From contig NW_024704742.1 in NCBI RefSeq assembly GCF_018977255.1, forward strand, positions 117,244,001 through 117,308,000: DNA of 64,000 nt, read 5' to 3'. The stretch comes from Callorhinchus milii (taxonomy: Eukaryota). The position numbers and the translations under genes were made by a program. The notes beneath the pieces were generated by a model. That model did not search any database and was not told the DNA's origin. It saw only the letters and a program-made list of their open reading frames with translations. Positions 13,197 to 26,720 of the stretch are shown in pieces (the first letter of the stretch is position 1; the number at the start of each line of letters is the position of its first letter).

Positions 13197-16100
13197 GCAT
13201 CCTGTGGACCCGCACTAACTGAAAGCATGATGCACCCAGCTTCTGGCACTGACTAGCTAGTTTCCCATGCAAAAGAATGGCTCACTTCTGGGTTGTCAGG
13301 TTGCTGCTGATATTGCTTCCTGCGGGCTGTGCCTGCATACTAAAGAGGAAGCATAGTCATCATCACTTCCTGAGCACTGCCCCTGTACAATAAGCACCAT
13401 TGACATAACTTTGTGAGAAAAAAAAGGGAACGTATTGTCAAGTGGTGATCTAATAAACTGATGGATCAGGCCTGATGGGCTGAAAGTCCTCTTCCTGTTT
13501 TCTCAAGTTCCTATGACCAGACCTCCCAAAGTCAGCTTTTTTTTCAGCTTTTCTTATAATGCGGCTCCTGCGAGATTGGACCCATTAGTTTTAGTTTTAG
13601 TTTGTAAACTGTTAAGAAAGTTTAGGATAATTAATTTTTAAACAAAAATATTCATGTATCACTTTTCTAAACAATGCCCAGCATTTCAACATGAGGTGAT
13701 CACATGTTAGAGATTGTGGGCAAGGGTAATTTGGTAGAAAAGCTTGCTTGAGTAGCAAGTCAGACTGGAAATGTTTTATGGCTTCAGTTAATGTTCTTTT
13801 TAATTGAAATCTGTTTCTCACAAAGCATTTGAAAACTCTTTATTTTTGCTGTGTTCTCACCAAGTACAGTGACAGTGATTCCATTCCTGTTGAAGAGTAC
13901 CACATTTTAGAAATACTGTATTTATTGGGTTTGTGCATGGCATCCCCACAGTGAAAATGACATGCCTGATTTTTAGTGCCTGATTTGGTGGGGAACCCCA
14001 GTGTGTTGTGTTGGCTTGAATAAACCCAGGCCAATAACTTGTAGGATGTCATTGAGCTTTATGGACTTTAGCGGATCATGAATCCTAGCATTGTAGTTCG
14101 CTAGCCCCTTCTGCCCCACCGCAAAAAATAATCCTGCCTTGTTGTTCAAATACATTTTTGTGGCTGAAGCTATATGCAAATGTTTACTGTAATTTGTGAG
14201 TCGCTATCAGATGTCTCATTGAACTGAACTGGGAGGTTGTTGTGAGAGTGGATAGTTCAGTGACTGGACATTTGGTTAATTATTAGTTGGTTGTGAGTGG
14301 TATCTCCTCACACTAGCAGTTGCTGGTAGCTGAACCTGTCACTTAGTACGCAGTTTTCTGAGATCTATCTGAATCTGGTGTTCTTCATCATCGCTTTTCT
14401 CCCAACTCCCTATTAAAATGGTTTTATTTACTGTAATATATGGTAACTATATATTTGCTCACCAGTAAAGTCTATAATGAGGACTTGTGAAGGGAGTTTG
14501 GTTTAATTATGTCCTATTTTCACGAGTCTCAACTCTCATCAAAATTCTTGCCTACTCCAGTAGATTCATCCAGGAACAAACTGCTAATATACAATATAGT
14601 ATACACTATATTCAGCAATCTCATTTATTTATTCCAGGTAAATGCTCTATCCAGGTGGTCCGTCTTAAAACTTCTTGTACTTGCTAAATAACTGTGATTG
14701 GTGAAAGTTGGCATCAGTACAGTATGTTTCACAAAATTGTGTTTCAAATTGAATACCTCCAGGAGTATTTTAAATATTTTAATCAATCTATAACTGAGAA
14801 GTTAGTACTGTACATTAAAGCAATGCTTAGCCTTTTAAGATTATCACCAGAAGAAAAAGAAGGGTGATGAGAAGAACGTTTTTTTTAATGACAGAGAGTT
14901 GGTAGATTGTGGAATGCTTCATCACAAACATTTTTTGAAGCCAAGTCCACAAGAGCATTTAAAAGCAAATTTGATAATTGCTTGTGGGAAAAAAATTAAA
15001 AGATAAGGGAAAGGTGAGGTTGCAATAGGTATGTCCAGTCGGGGAGCCAGCATAAGCACACGCATGGATGCCCTCCTCCTGTACTGTAAACATTGTGTGA
15101 TTCTTTCCAGAAGTAGTTGTGATGCAATTGGAAAGTCACAAGTTCAGCATTCTAACAGTGTTCAAAGCCACGGATACTTTTTTAACTGTACACTGATGGT
15201 TCTGTTGCTGCTCCTCTCGCCATCCATAAATTGCATTCGCCTTGAAATCTTAACTTTCCAAGTTCCCTATCCCTGCTTGACAAAAATGTTAATGTAAAAT
15301 ATATTAACATCTCACATTCTGCCCTGGAGCAGATTTCCATAGGGGAGAATCCAGGTCAATGTTCTGTATTCCCAAACCCACATTTATTTTAAAACTTAGT
15401 CTACTGTGCACATCTGGAGACTCGATGACTTATTTTTGAAAGACTCGGTGGCTGGGTTTATGGACAGTGGCAGAGATTAGGCTAGCAACAACAACAACTT
15501 ACATTTATATAGTGCCCTTGAAGCAGGGCAGCGTCTCGGAGTTCTTGTCTTTCATCTGCTTATCTGGCCTGGTCTCCACCAGCGGCAAGACCCAGCAACA
15601 AAAAAAGGGGAAAACCGGTCAGACAGCTGCTTCCCTGTTGTTAGCTCCTGCATTAAATCGCTGTTTAATTTTTGAAATGTGCATTTCTCTCCTATTTCTA
15701 TCTCCTCAAACCACCCGCCCTTGCTGAGAGATGGGCTGGAGAGTTTGGCTTCTAATTAGGAGCAGTGTTCAAGTGACCCATAGGGGCCGTCTCCTTTCTG
15801 CTGGAGAAAACCCCTGACCTCACTGACACCATTCAATTGTGACTGTGAACCCGTGTTCTATCACTACGTGCCTGTGGCTAACTGTATTGCTGATGCCAAG
15901 TCGAACAAGTGGCATTGCAGATGGTGGCATCAGCTGCCCGTAATGTCGACCTGGGAACCAAGAAATCCAGCCGAAAATCTGGCTTTTCTTTATACTGGTG
16001 GAGTGTCATTCCTGCCTCACCCCTCATTACACTCCAAGAGCCATCGCCATCATTTCTAGCCAAATTTGACAACTGAGCTGCGGAGGTTTCCACATCAATA

Positions 16101-18464
16101 AATGATTTGTGAATGAACCAGATGCGTCTTGCTTTATTTTAAATATATTAAATTAAATAGTGCTGTTCTAACCTTTCAGGCACATTGTCTGGAGTGGCCG
16201 TGTGGCTAAATTGCAATGACAGTGTATGCTAGATTTGAAGTCGTATCTGATAAATAACCCTCTTTCTGACTTTCCCTCTGTATTTGGCACTCCGCTAATG
16301 TTCCAATGATGTCATCCCCGAGCAGCACATTTATTCTCATCAGGAAGAGGAGTGACATTCCTAGTGCTGGTATGAGTTAGATATATTCCCCAATCCTGCA
16401 GCAGGCGGTTGTACGATATTTGCTGGCACATCACGCTAGTGTACTCTTGAAACTCACTACCTTTGACAAGCGTTTAGTTCTCTCTCAAGAGTAAGAAAGT
16501 AAGTCTGAATTTCGATGAAATCAGATCTTTGCTCCCACACTGGGAGTCAGCAAAACTGCAAAACCTAGGATGGTTTGTGCTGTCCTTTTGCTCAGGTTCG
16601 AAGGGTTCAATGAGATGGTATTAGTAGAGGTTACAGTGGTGCTTTATAGCCAATTGGCAGTGACGATGATATATTCAGTTACTTATAACACAAAAGGTAA
16701 AAGGCTTAAGAAGGGGACATGACTTGTAAGCAGAATTAAAAAAAAACTTGTGGGAACTTAAGTAAATTAAGTGTGCTTATGTGTGCACCGCATAAAAATG
16801 ATCCTGGCCCACAGAGTTGGGAGGCACAGCTGCCAGCTGAGTATTTAACCCTTTACTCCCTTTGTCATTTCTTTTAACTAGTTACGGGGCTCGTGTTCAA
16901 GTTATACTTTTGAACACTGTAAAGACCTTTTCGGGAACTCCTCGGTCAGCAGTAATGTTGACCTTTTCCACGGCTGTTTCTGTAGATTTCCAGTGCTGTA
17001 TGTTGACTCATTTGGCGCTTCCATAAAGTCGCTCTGTGTTGGGGGGGTATTGCCTTCTGACTTGTTTCCAGGGTTCATCTGTTCCTGGTTTATTTCCACT
17101 GAATGCTGCATGCAGCACGCCGCTTGACTGAAGAATCCCAGCCACCACTTTTTCCTCCTCGAAAAGGTCATATTCTAAAGGTCGCAGTGAAGTTGTGGTG
17201 TGACCTCTATCCGCACAACTGCGAAACAGTGAAAGGAAGTGTGCTTGTGGGAATTACAACTTGTCATACTTACAAAGTAGTTTCAAAAGAACTTTTTGGG
17301 AGGAGACGTGTTGAGAATCCAGCCGATGTCACAAACTCTTCGCTCCTTGTGGGAGTTTGTCTGCTCCACACATTTTTAATTAAGCTGCTTTTGGAATAAA
17401 ATCATACATTTCTCCCAAACCAGCATTTGTTCTGTGTCTTAGTTTGCACAACTAAGTTCAACCAGCTGAGTGCTGGGATGCTGGGGAGGGCAGTGCTTTC
17501 CCCAGGGAGGAGTTTTAACATGTCTCCTGAGTGTGGAGGTTTGCTGACGCCGGAATCAGACAGATTTTGAAACTTTAAATACTTCCAGAACTGATTTGAA
17601 ATTTTGAGTGTTTGAGGACTGCGCAGCTCACACTTATTTTGTTTATTTGCAATTCCCCTGGGTTTACAGCTTAATCCCATGAATCTTGTATAATTATCCC
17701 AATGTCTGTCTTATTTCAAGTTCGCAATGGCGACATCATGAACTGCCTGCCCCTTCCCTTTCCCCATCTCTGACCTTAAAATCAGCGATTGAGGAAATCT
17801 GAGAACATCTAGAAAATTTATTTTCGAAATCTGGTTTTGAATGCAGAGCATTACATTTTTTCGAATGTACTTCTTGGAGTCCAAAAGGGTTGTTCAAGCT
17901 ATGTTATGACACAACCTAACAGATGCCTTCTGGACCCAGTGTTTACTTGTCTGAAGTTAAACATTTACATGCTTCAATTTGGTTTCCTTTTCACAGATCT
18001 TAAATGTATTTAGTTACATTTGTTTCGTACAAAGAAGCTAGTTGAAGTGAAGAACGCAAGAAAATCTGGATGGGAAAAGCTCCCTCCAAGTCTTTTCCCT
18101 TCCAAGTACAATGCACAATACTTAACCCAGTCTGTAAGGAAGGAAGTTCAATACAAGCAACTTCTAAATGTAAATTGCTGAAATTTGCACCTGATTCTTA
18201 GTGAATTAGACAAATCCAGACGTAGCCCTGAAATCCTAGGGTTTATCAAACTCTGTGGAGAGTTGATTAAAATTGAACTAGTAAATCGTCTGAAAAGGAA
18301 AGGAATAACACAAATGATAGGATAGAGATGTGGAGTACGTGAGGGAAGAAAAACGTACCAAGACCAAGATGAAGCCAATGCAGGGCCACAGGGAAGAGAG
18401 TCCGAGTAGTTAATTGAAACAACATTTTTGAGGTGCTGAGCCATTCATAAACTGTTTTTTATTC

Positions 18465-18652
18465 AGATGAGATGGCGAGGTCCGAGACACTGAGGCCCTG
18501 GGTAATCACCAGGTTAAGTGGATGGCCATGGGTGTGCATGGTGGAGTGGATGTGGAGGGAGAGTTTGTGAGAGGAGAGAGAAGTCAGCAGAGATAGAGCA
18601 GGAGTGGGTAGAAAGGATAGTTGAGGGTCGAAGTCACCTAGGATGAGGCAAT
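18465..18652 (-). mobile_element. L2 APE-endonuclease fragment
   Basis: Reverse strand encodes LILGDFD...THGHPLNL...DLAIS, resembling APE motifs GDFN and THxxGxxLDL. Confidence 0.62.
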
Positions 18653-21600
18653 TTATAGAGTGCAGATTTACAATAATCTTTTAACAAATAAAGCATACCC
18701 CATCCTGGTAACACAAATTACTGTGCTTGTCCTTATTACATACAACAAACAGCATATCTTGCAGCCAGCTGACCCCTGGCACACACCACTTTGGGAGGAG
18801 TTCTTGGCTTTCTGTTAAGTGAAACCCCTTCCTTGCGGTGCAAAACATGCTTCAAAATGAGTCGTGAGCTATGAAGGCTTACATTTAGCCTCCTTTACTG
18901 CACATTCAGCGCTGTTTCATTGAAATCCAGTTGCCATGGTCACTGCAAACAAAAGCTGAAAAGATGAAATTTTTTTGAACCTCGAAAACCTGGAAGAGGA
19001 ATTATTTTGGCAACTTCACAGTTGCTCTTTCAGTATTTAACATTTAATATTGATAATGAGAAAGGATCAAATTGGAAAGTGAAAAAGAAAGCCCGGTTTG
19101 CAGAACAATTGTCTCGTGTTCCAGGTAAAGTATTTGAGAGGGTTTTCTTTGAGGATAAAATAAATATTGTACACTTTTTAAATGGATGCTAGGAGGGTTA
19201 ATAAGAGGATGCCGTTGGAGAGGCTGTAGTGAGAACAGATATATCTGACTTTCATGCTGTTGCTTGCAGAATGCAAAGGGCCTGCAGGTTTGCTTCTGGT
19301 TGCGAACACAGAAAGCCCGAAGGTTCCCATGATCTTGGGCTTGACTCAGCACTGGAGGCTTCCTGTTCAAACTGCTTTTTTCTGGAAGGGACAGAGTTCC
19401 AGGTGACAACACTTTCTGGGAGAGTATTCCACAGGCTCGCTGCTGGTGTTCGAAATGAATTACAGCACTGTATTAGAAAGGGCAAAGCAACTGCACTTCT
19501 GTCAGCACAAGACAATACAGACCACGGACAGCACTTTGCTTACTGTTGCCCAGTAATCCTAAATTGCTTCCATTAACAGAAAGGAAAGAGAACAAGGACA
19601 TTAAATCTAACTAGTTACGGAAGGCCGAGCAATGTTTCCTAGACATTTTCATACAGACCACCATAGGATAACTTACATTTTATTTACTGCTATGCGCAAT
19701 TGACTGCTGTGTTTTGTCCACAAAGAATACAGTCAATTATCCTTACAGTATATTCTGTAAAGCATTTTGAGACGTCTCAACAACATGGTAAGGTGTTATA
19801 TCAAATGCAAGGATTATTATTATCATTATTATTATTCTTAGGGACCCATTCAGTGGTCTGATTTGTAGGAGGCGCACAAATCCTGGGTTTATGGGTAAAG
19901 AATAAAATGGGAATTTGTGTTTTTAACATGTGGATAGACAGAAAAAAGAGCTTTGGGTACGTTTCCTAATAGATTTCAACAATAAAAACCCTCAGTCCAA
20001 CAAATGATTTAAAGCTATTGAAGAGAAATTCCACCTGGGTCGAACTTTCCTCTATTAAAGAATTTGCCAGATTCTGGATGCTTTAAAATGCTAATTAAAT
20101 GGAATAAATCTAGACCCACTTAAAGAATTTCTCCCCTTCTATTTTGAGTTGAGGATCTGTTAAGATGATTAACAAATTGCTGAAACTAGTTTATTCAGGA
20201 GGTGCAAACGTCCATCCCATCTATTGTAACCAAATAGATTCCAAAACAGGATCTAAAATTAGTACCTGTCCAGGTGTGAAATGCAGTTCACTGCTGGAGT
20301 TACTAAGTGCTATGATGCTTGTAGTGCTCTCACGAATTTCATTTCAGAACTTTTTTTGTCATTGTTTATGAATAAAGATTCTGCCAGTGTTGGTGGTAAT
20401 AATTCTTCCATTTGATATACTATAGCACAGTTCATTTCAGGAAGACGTCTCAAAGCATTTTACAGGATGTACTGTAATGTGTAGTGACTATTTTGTAGGC
20501 AAACAAAATAGTGGTGTGACCTACTCGGGTTCAAATCTGCGCAGTTTGCAGCAAGAAACTTTTTAAAACGAATAAAATGTTAGGAGAGTGATTGGCTAGC
20601 GTGCAAATGCCACATCATGAAATCTAAGGACATTCATGTTGAGAATACATCAGTGTTTAATTTAGCAGCTTTCTTTTTTTTGCCAAAGTAATCAGTAGAG
20701 TGGTAAAAACCCCTTCCTGTTCTTTGAATGGGGCAAGGAGAAATATACATTGCATAAGATAAATGGTTCTTATTACCTCCTTGTATATTGCAAAGTAATA
20801 CAATTCATTGTACTTACAAAAATGGTTGCTTTGGACCTTAGGAAAATTTCAGGTCAGTGTACATTTAAATTGCTAACTAAAGCACAGTAGCCATAGGAAC
20901 CATAAATTGTATGTTTGATTTATTGTAAATTGTGTAAGCGTAGCCCAAAAGTAAGTTGTCAGACCAGCAGGTTGATGGACTGCCAGTCTGCAATGTTTGT
21001 TGCCAGTAGCGTAAAACTAATATTTGCTGTACTGGAGCAGACCAGTTTGTGTAAACCTTGGCCAAAAGGAATCCAGACCAAGTAAAACCTCATTCTTTCA
21101 AACAAAAAAAAGTTGTAATGCAGCATGTATACAAGTATCAACGTGTTGGACAGGGGCTTGTAAATTGACAGTTTCTGTGGTCTCCTGTTTAATACCAATT
21201 AACCTGGTAAAACACATTTGGCTCCATTTCTCTCATCCTGCCTAGACAATGGTTGGCTGTTGTTACTATTCTATTCTCTTTCTCTCCCCCCACTCCTGAT
21301 CTCAAGCCATGGAAGTTACACACTGTATCGTTGAGTTATTTAATCAATTTTCTTTACTAAGTATGTGACCGCAACATGACGAGATGGTTGGTGTCAACCA
21401 AAGTGCTGAAAGCACTGAGACAGAAATCTAATAATATTGGAATAATAAATATTTGCATTTCTAAGCAGCTAAAGATGGTTAATGCATAAAGCAAGTGGAT
21501 TTTCCTGGTATGTAGCACTCAAAATTCATTGAGCTGCTTGTATGTTTTGAATGAGTGATGTGAATCATTTCCCTATAGCTGGAGTGGACCTGCGAGTGTA

Positions 21601-21749
21601 TCCGAAAGTGTGATAATCAGACATCACACACATAGCAGGTCTGTCAATTAATTCAGTTTTACTCTGGCACCTCTGAAGCAATTCCACAGAAATGACATCT
21701 GATCCCAAGGAATCTACAGAGCAGATCTGTAGTAAATCTCAAAACAACT

Positions 21750-22117
21750 CTGGAGTCCTGTAGCTTAGTGGTTAGAACACTCTCCTGACAAGCGAGAGGG
21801 TCTGCGTTTGATTCCCGGGCAGGGTGAAACGTTGAGCACGTTTCCTCACTCCAGAGTTTACCGAGCAGTGAGTAGGAATCTGATTGTTAGTTGATTGGCG
21901 GATCGCGTTTCCGCCGGTAATAATTCCTACAAACAATGAATAATTTGATCACTCAATCCACGACTGTTTGTGGGACACTGCTGTGTGCAATTGCCTGCTG
22001 GGCTTCGCACACAAAATATATACAGTCAATTCACTTTACAGTATATTCTGTGAAGCGCTTTGAGACGTCTCGCAGACATGATGAGTTGCTATATCAAATG
22101 CAAGGATTATTATTATT
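21750..22117 (+). mobile_element. Full-length tRNA-derived SINE (long form)
   Basis: Head tggagtcctgtagcttagtggttaga (A box) and tttgattcccgg (B box), partial Deu core gactgtttgtgggacactgctgtgtgcaattg, L2-like hairpin and (TTA)n. 3' fragments also at 19685-19836 and 22555-22718 (+), 23620-23735, 24845-24945, 45457-45580 and 47683-47815 (-). Confidence 0.9.
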
Positions 22118-25100
22118 TAAGTATAATTTTCCAGTCTTAACAATTGGAGTGTGGTATCTCATGACTTCACTTATCAACTAACTCAGTAAGAGGATACTTG
22201 CTTTGGACACCCTTGTTGATACAATATGTCTTCCTGTGCTGACATGCCATGCTGCATGTGTACTTAACCATGGCACTTCCCAGTTCTAAACAGGAATAAT
22301 TACTATTTGTCTGGTTTTCCAATTTTGTTCAAATTGAGGAAACTCGATCCTGATTGCTAAACATTGTTCGTTTTACATTTATTGTATCATTTCGACTGCA
22401 AAAATAATAGTAAGGTTGCTACGGACATTACTTCCTATTTTCAGCTACTACGACCCCCAACCTCTGGAACTCTGACAAGTTTCTGAGATTTTAGTTTTCT
22501 TCAAATATCAGCATTTAGGGAAACACATCTTGAAAATTTAATATCATTTTTAAAAAAATTGGTCACTCAAACCACGACTGTGGGACACTGCCGTGTGCTG
22601 CTGCGTTTTGGCCATAAAATGTACAGTCAATCCACTTTACGGTATATTCTGTGAAGCGCGTTGTGACGTTTCATTGACGTGATGAGGCACTATATCAAAT
22701 GCAAGGATTGCTATTATTTTTACAACGGCCTCCCTCAAACCCCTCCGTTAACCTTGCCACTTGAACGTAGGCCAAATAAATAACTGTTCACCAAATTAGT
22801 GACAAATTAAACTGTGTAGCTAATAAAGATCTTCAGGCAGAGGTGTTACTTTGTGTTTGAGAGGGTTGAGCAGTCAATTTTTGCCTCTCTCAATGTGATC
22901 GGGATTGTATTATACTCAGCAACTCATAAAAAGTATTGCATGCAAAAAGCACTCTGTTACTCTGCTGTAAATTCAAGATTCCTGATTCATCACTTTCATG
23001 AATAAGCAAACCTCCCTTTTTCTCTTGTAAATGTATCCCTTGTTCCCTATAACCGTCATTCCTCTTGCCTCTAATAATTTATGAATTTAAGATTTTGGGT
23101 TGTTGCAATATTTCCTGTTCATATGTTGCATTCATTGGCAAGGCATTTTAGGGGGGGCTTTGCTTGGAACCAATGCTGCTTGTAAAAAATAAAAGTTCAG
23201 AAACCAATAAAAGTTTACTTGATTCAAAATCCTGCAACTCCCAGTCGTTCTATTTTAGCTCCAACTCCATGACACATGCACCAAAGGATCAAAAGTGCAA
23301 GCGTGCTGTTGCATGCCCTTCAAACATTTTCTCATGTTTCTGCTTTCCTTCTGAATTCAGATGGCATCTGAGGTCACATGATTAACATTTACACACCCTC
23401 ACCACTGAAGCGAATGTTACCCCCGAGTTTGAAGTCAGGCTCAGCAGGTGGTGTTTAGAAGGGAAGTTCCTGCCATTTTGAGTGAGCAGATCCTGGCCTT
23501 GTGTGGCAGAGAAAAGCAATCTCAACAGTTCTCATACATTGAGTGATTTCTTTTTGTGCATCAGTGGGTCTTTTATTTCCCTTTAAATGCCACAAATCCA
23601 TTGACACAAATGGTTTGTGAATAATAATAATGCTTTCATTTGATTGAGCGCCTTATCACATCATTGAGATGCCACAAATCGCTTCACAGTGAATACTGTA
23701 AAGTGAATTGACTGTATATTTTGTGGGCAATGCCCTGCTCTTTTGCCTCGGCCTGAGCCTGTGTGTATAAATTATATGGATTGCCACAAGAGTCTCAATG
23801 TACTTTGCAAAAAAATCAAAAAGTAAAGTCAATTTGGAAATCGCTGGTACCATCGAAAGGCAGGGGATTGTTCTTGTGGTTCACAATCCAACTGGTTGGT
23901 TTCCATTCTCAGATATCACTTAAGAATGTCAGGTGCAGAATACTTACTTCCTATAAAGGAAAGAATGGGCAATTGGGCTAATAAACCTCTGGTGTTCCTG
24001 CAGGGCACCTGGATAGTTGTTGCAGGGTGGCTTTTGGTGGAATCCAGTAACAGGTCACATGCCTACAAAGCAGGGTCTATTTGGTGCTGTATTGCTCCAA
24101 GGTGATGTACTTGGTGCTGAAAGTTCAGAATGAATCGTTCCTCTGGTAGACACCATACTCCAGTTCCAAATTCAGTTCCTGAGCCCAGGAGGTCTGCAGT
24201 ATTCCAAACTGTTGATGGTGGACCATTTAGTCTGTCTTGTTAGCAGAACTTGGAAGAGCACACCAATCACTGGGGGCTGGGATTCTTCCCACTCTTCTCC
24301 TGTAAGATAAAGTCCTAACTGGTCGAGGGTTCAAGCTGAACAAGCAATGAGAAGCTTGCCAGTGCATGCAATAGTAAAGCTGAACTCCAGCAATATCCCA
24401 ACATATGGTCTGGGATCTCCTTGCCTTGGCTCTTGCTAACCTGAGCTTCAGTAAATGAAGCAATTTAATCAAATGTGCTGGCAAATTGAATAATTTGATT
24501 TTGTGATTCTAAAGTGTTCAAAATATTATATTCATTCAAAAGTTCTTCCTCTCCGGAACATGTTGCCTCTTTGCTGGGATACAATTCCAAATCTTCACAT
24601 GTGCTGCTGTGAAGTAATAATTGATTGTGTAACTTTGGGCCTCACAGCTGGTTCTCATCTTGTCTATCCATTAGGCACTTTCCAACAAGGGTCAGTGGAC
24701 AATGACTGGCATCAGAAATTTGACCAGTTTATCACTTCCTCAGCACTGAGCCATTGTGTTCACTCTCATAAGAACATAAAAGAATAGAACTCCCTTAAAA
24801 TGGCATATTTGGGCCCCGTGTGTTGGGAGGAACTTGCATTTTTTTTTGCATTTGATATAGGGCCTTATCACACCTTTGAGACATCTCAAAGCACTTCACA
24901 GAATATACTTAAAGCGTAGTGACTGTATATTTTGTGGTCGAATGCCACAGAAGATGGACCCTGAAAAAAATTACTTTATTCTTTGAGCTAAAGAGTGTTC
25001 TGTTGCACTTTGTGATTTCTTACCTTTTTCCGACTTCAACATCATTGTGATGTTTCTTAGAGATTTCCAGCTTTAGAACTCTTTTGTGCGGAGTTTTTCT

Positions 25101-25504
25101 TTTGCTGCAAACCTATATGTGCTAGAAGCCTTCTTGAGATTGCATGAGTTTATTCATGTAGAACCATTACAGTTAGCAGCTTTTCATCCCATCAGTTTGG
25201 GTTGGATTCAAACTCAGATCCCAGACATGGTGTAATCCCTGATAGTGTTGCTGAATAGAATGTGGGAATACACTTCACATCCGTGTCCAAGGCCAGGATA
25301 TCCAGATCAGTTTGGGACTTGGATCAAGATGTAAGCTAAGTGTTGGATTACCCTGTCCAAACTCAGAGCTTAATGGAGTTCAGAATGTTTAATATTTCAA
25401 TAAGCATTGAACCACAGATGTGTATTAGTACAGGACAGGGCCATTTGGCCCATCATTCCTGTGCTGGCACTCTAAAAGAGCTATCCATCTCGTCTCATTC
25501 TCCT

Positions 25505-25740
25505 ACCTTTTCCCCTTTTATATGTCTCCTTTTCAGACATTATCTAATCCCTCTTAAAAGCTCATACAAATTCTAGCTCAGTTACAATCCTAACAACCCT
25601 CTGTGCGTAAAACAAATTCTCAACACCTTTTCCCCTTTTATATGTCTCCTTTTCAGACATTATCTAATTCCCTCCTAGAAGCTTATATGAATTATACCTC
25701 AGCTACAGCCCTAACTCTGTGTGTAAAAATTCTCAACACC
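25505..25740. repeat. Tandem duplication, period 120 bp, in a CR1 3' remnant
   Basis: accttttcccctttta...tatctaat at 25505-25548 and 25625-25668. Confidence 0.85.
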
Positions 25741-26334
25741 TCTCCTTTGTTCTTTTGCTCACTGAGTTTGGTGGAATGTACATGTGAAGCCTAAAACCCA
25801 TTTTGGCTATTAATACTAATAGGGCTGGGAGGGAGTTTAAGTTTAAGAGTTTAAGTTCATTTATTAATTATGAATTCATTTATTAATTCATTTATTAAGA
25901 GTTTAAGTTCATTTATTAATGACCTGTCATTAAAAGTAGGAAAAAGATTCAAGTTTTGATGGTTTAGCAGTTCCGGAATGGTGCTTCTGCCCTATCGTGC
26001 TGTCAGAATGGAAATTAATTCAGAAATCTCACTGAAAGAAGCTGTAAGGAGTGGACGAAGTGAAAAAAACGGAAATCCTTTGGGATTGAATTCATAACTC
26101 CACAATAATCTTTCAAGGTTTATAGCAAGGAGGCATTAAGTTGAGATTCATTTCTGATGTATAATTCAATAATTTTTTGAATATTTTATCTCTGATCCTG
26201 TTTGAAGTTATGGTAAATTTTCACCTCGAGTTTCCTCCCCTCTTCCAAAGATGCTGGCTGACTCTTGCAAGTGTCCGGTTGTATTGTGTGAGCTCTGACA
26301 ACGAATGTGAGCAGGCTACTCAAACTCTGAAACA

Positions 26335-26720
26335 TTAGCAACTTTCATTTACATAGTGCCTTTCACATAAAAGAATGTCTCAAATTGCTTAACAAATATA
26401 GTGGTTGACACTGAGCAGCGAAATAAAAGGATTAAAGATGTTGACCAAAGCCACGGTTGAAGAGGTTTTTGGAGTCCAGGAAAAAGGTACCAAAGCAAAG
26501 TGACTTGGGAAGATAGTGCTAGAGGATAGGACACATGAACTGAAGGCTTCACCACTGATGGTGGAGCGAAGGGAGTGGAGAATGATCAGTAGAACAGAGG
26601 GCAAAGGTCCTGGTTGTAATGTGTTGCCGAAGATGATTGCACAGATAGGGCATGGAAGGATTTGAAGACCCGGATATGGATCTTGAACTCAATTGTTCAG
26701 GTAATGGAAACCAATGGAAA
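26335..26720 (-). mobile_element. Old L2-like 3' remnant
   Basis: caactttcatttacatagtgcctttcac tail and degenerate L2 3' region. Confidence 0.6.

Noticed and set aside
13856..13900. Ig J-like NGITVTVL followed by a GTGAGA donor on the minus strand
   Set aside because: No F/W-G-x-G motif, in-frame stop just upstream, no convincing recombination signal.
17219..17273. GTAAGT...CAG pair on the minus strand as an intron
   Set aside because: Only 55 nt, below the usual vertebrate minimum.
19252..19515. 87-aa minus ORF as an exon
   Set aside because: LWNTLPESVV resembles a decayed CR1/L2 ORF2 C-terminus.
21750..21830. tRNA genes (also near 39300, 50320, 56970, 57640)
   Set aside because: tRNA-like heads continue into SINE bodies, anticodon loops vary between copies and no proper acceptor stem is seen.
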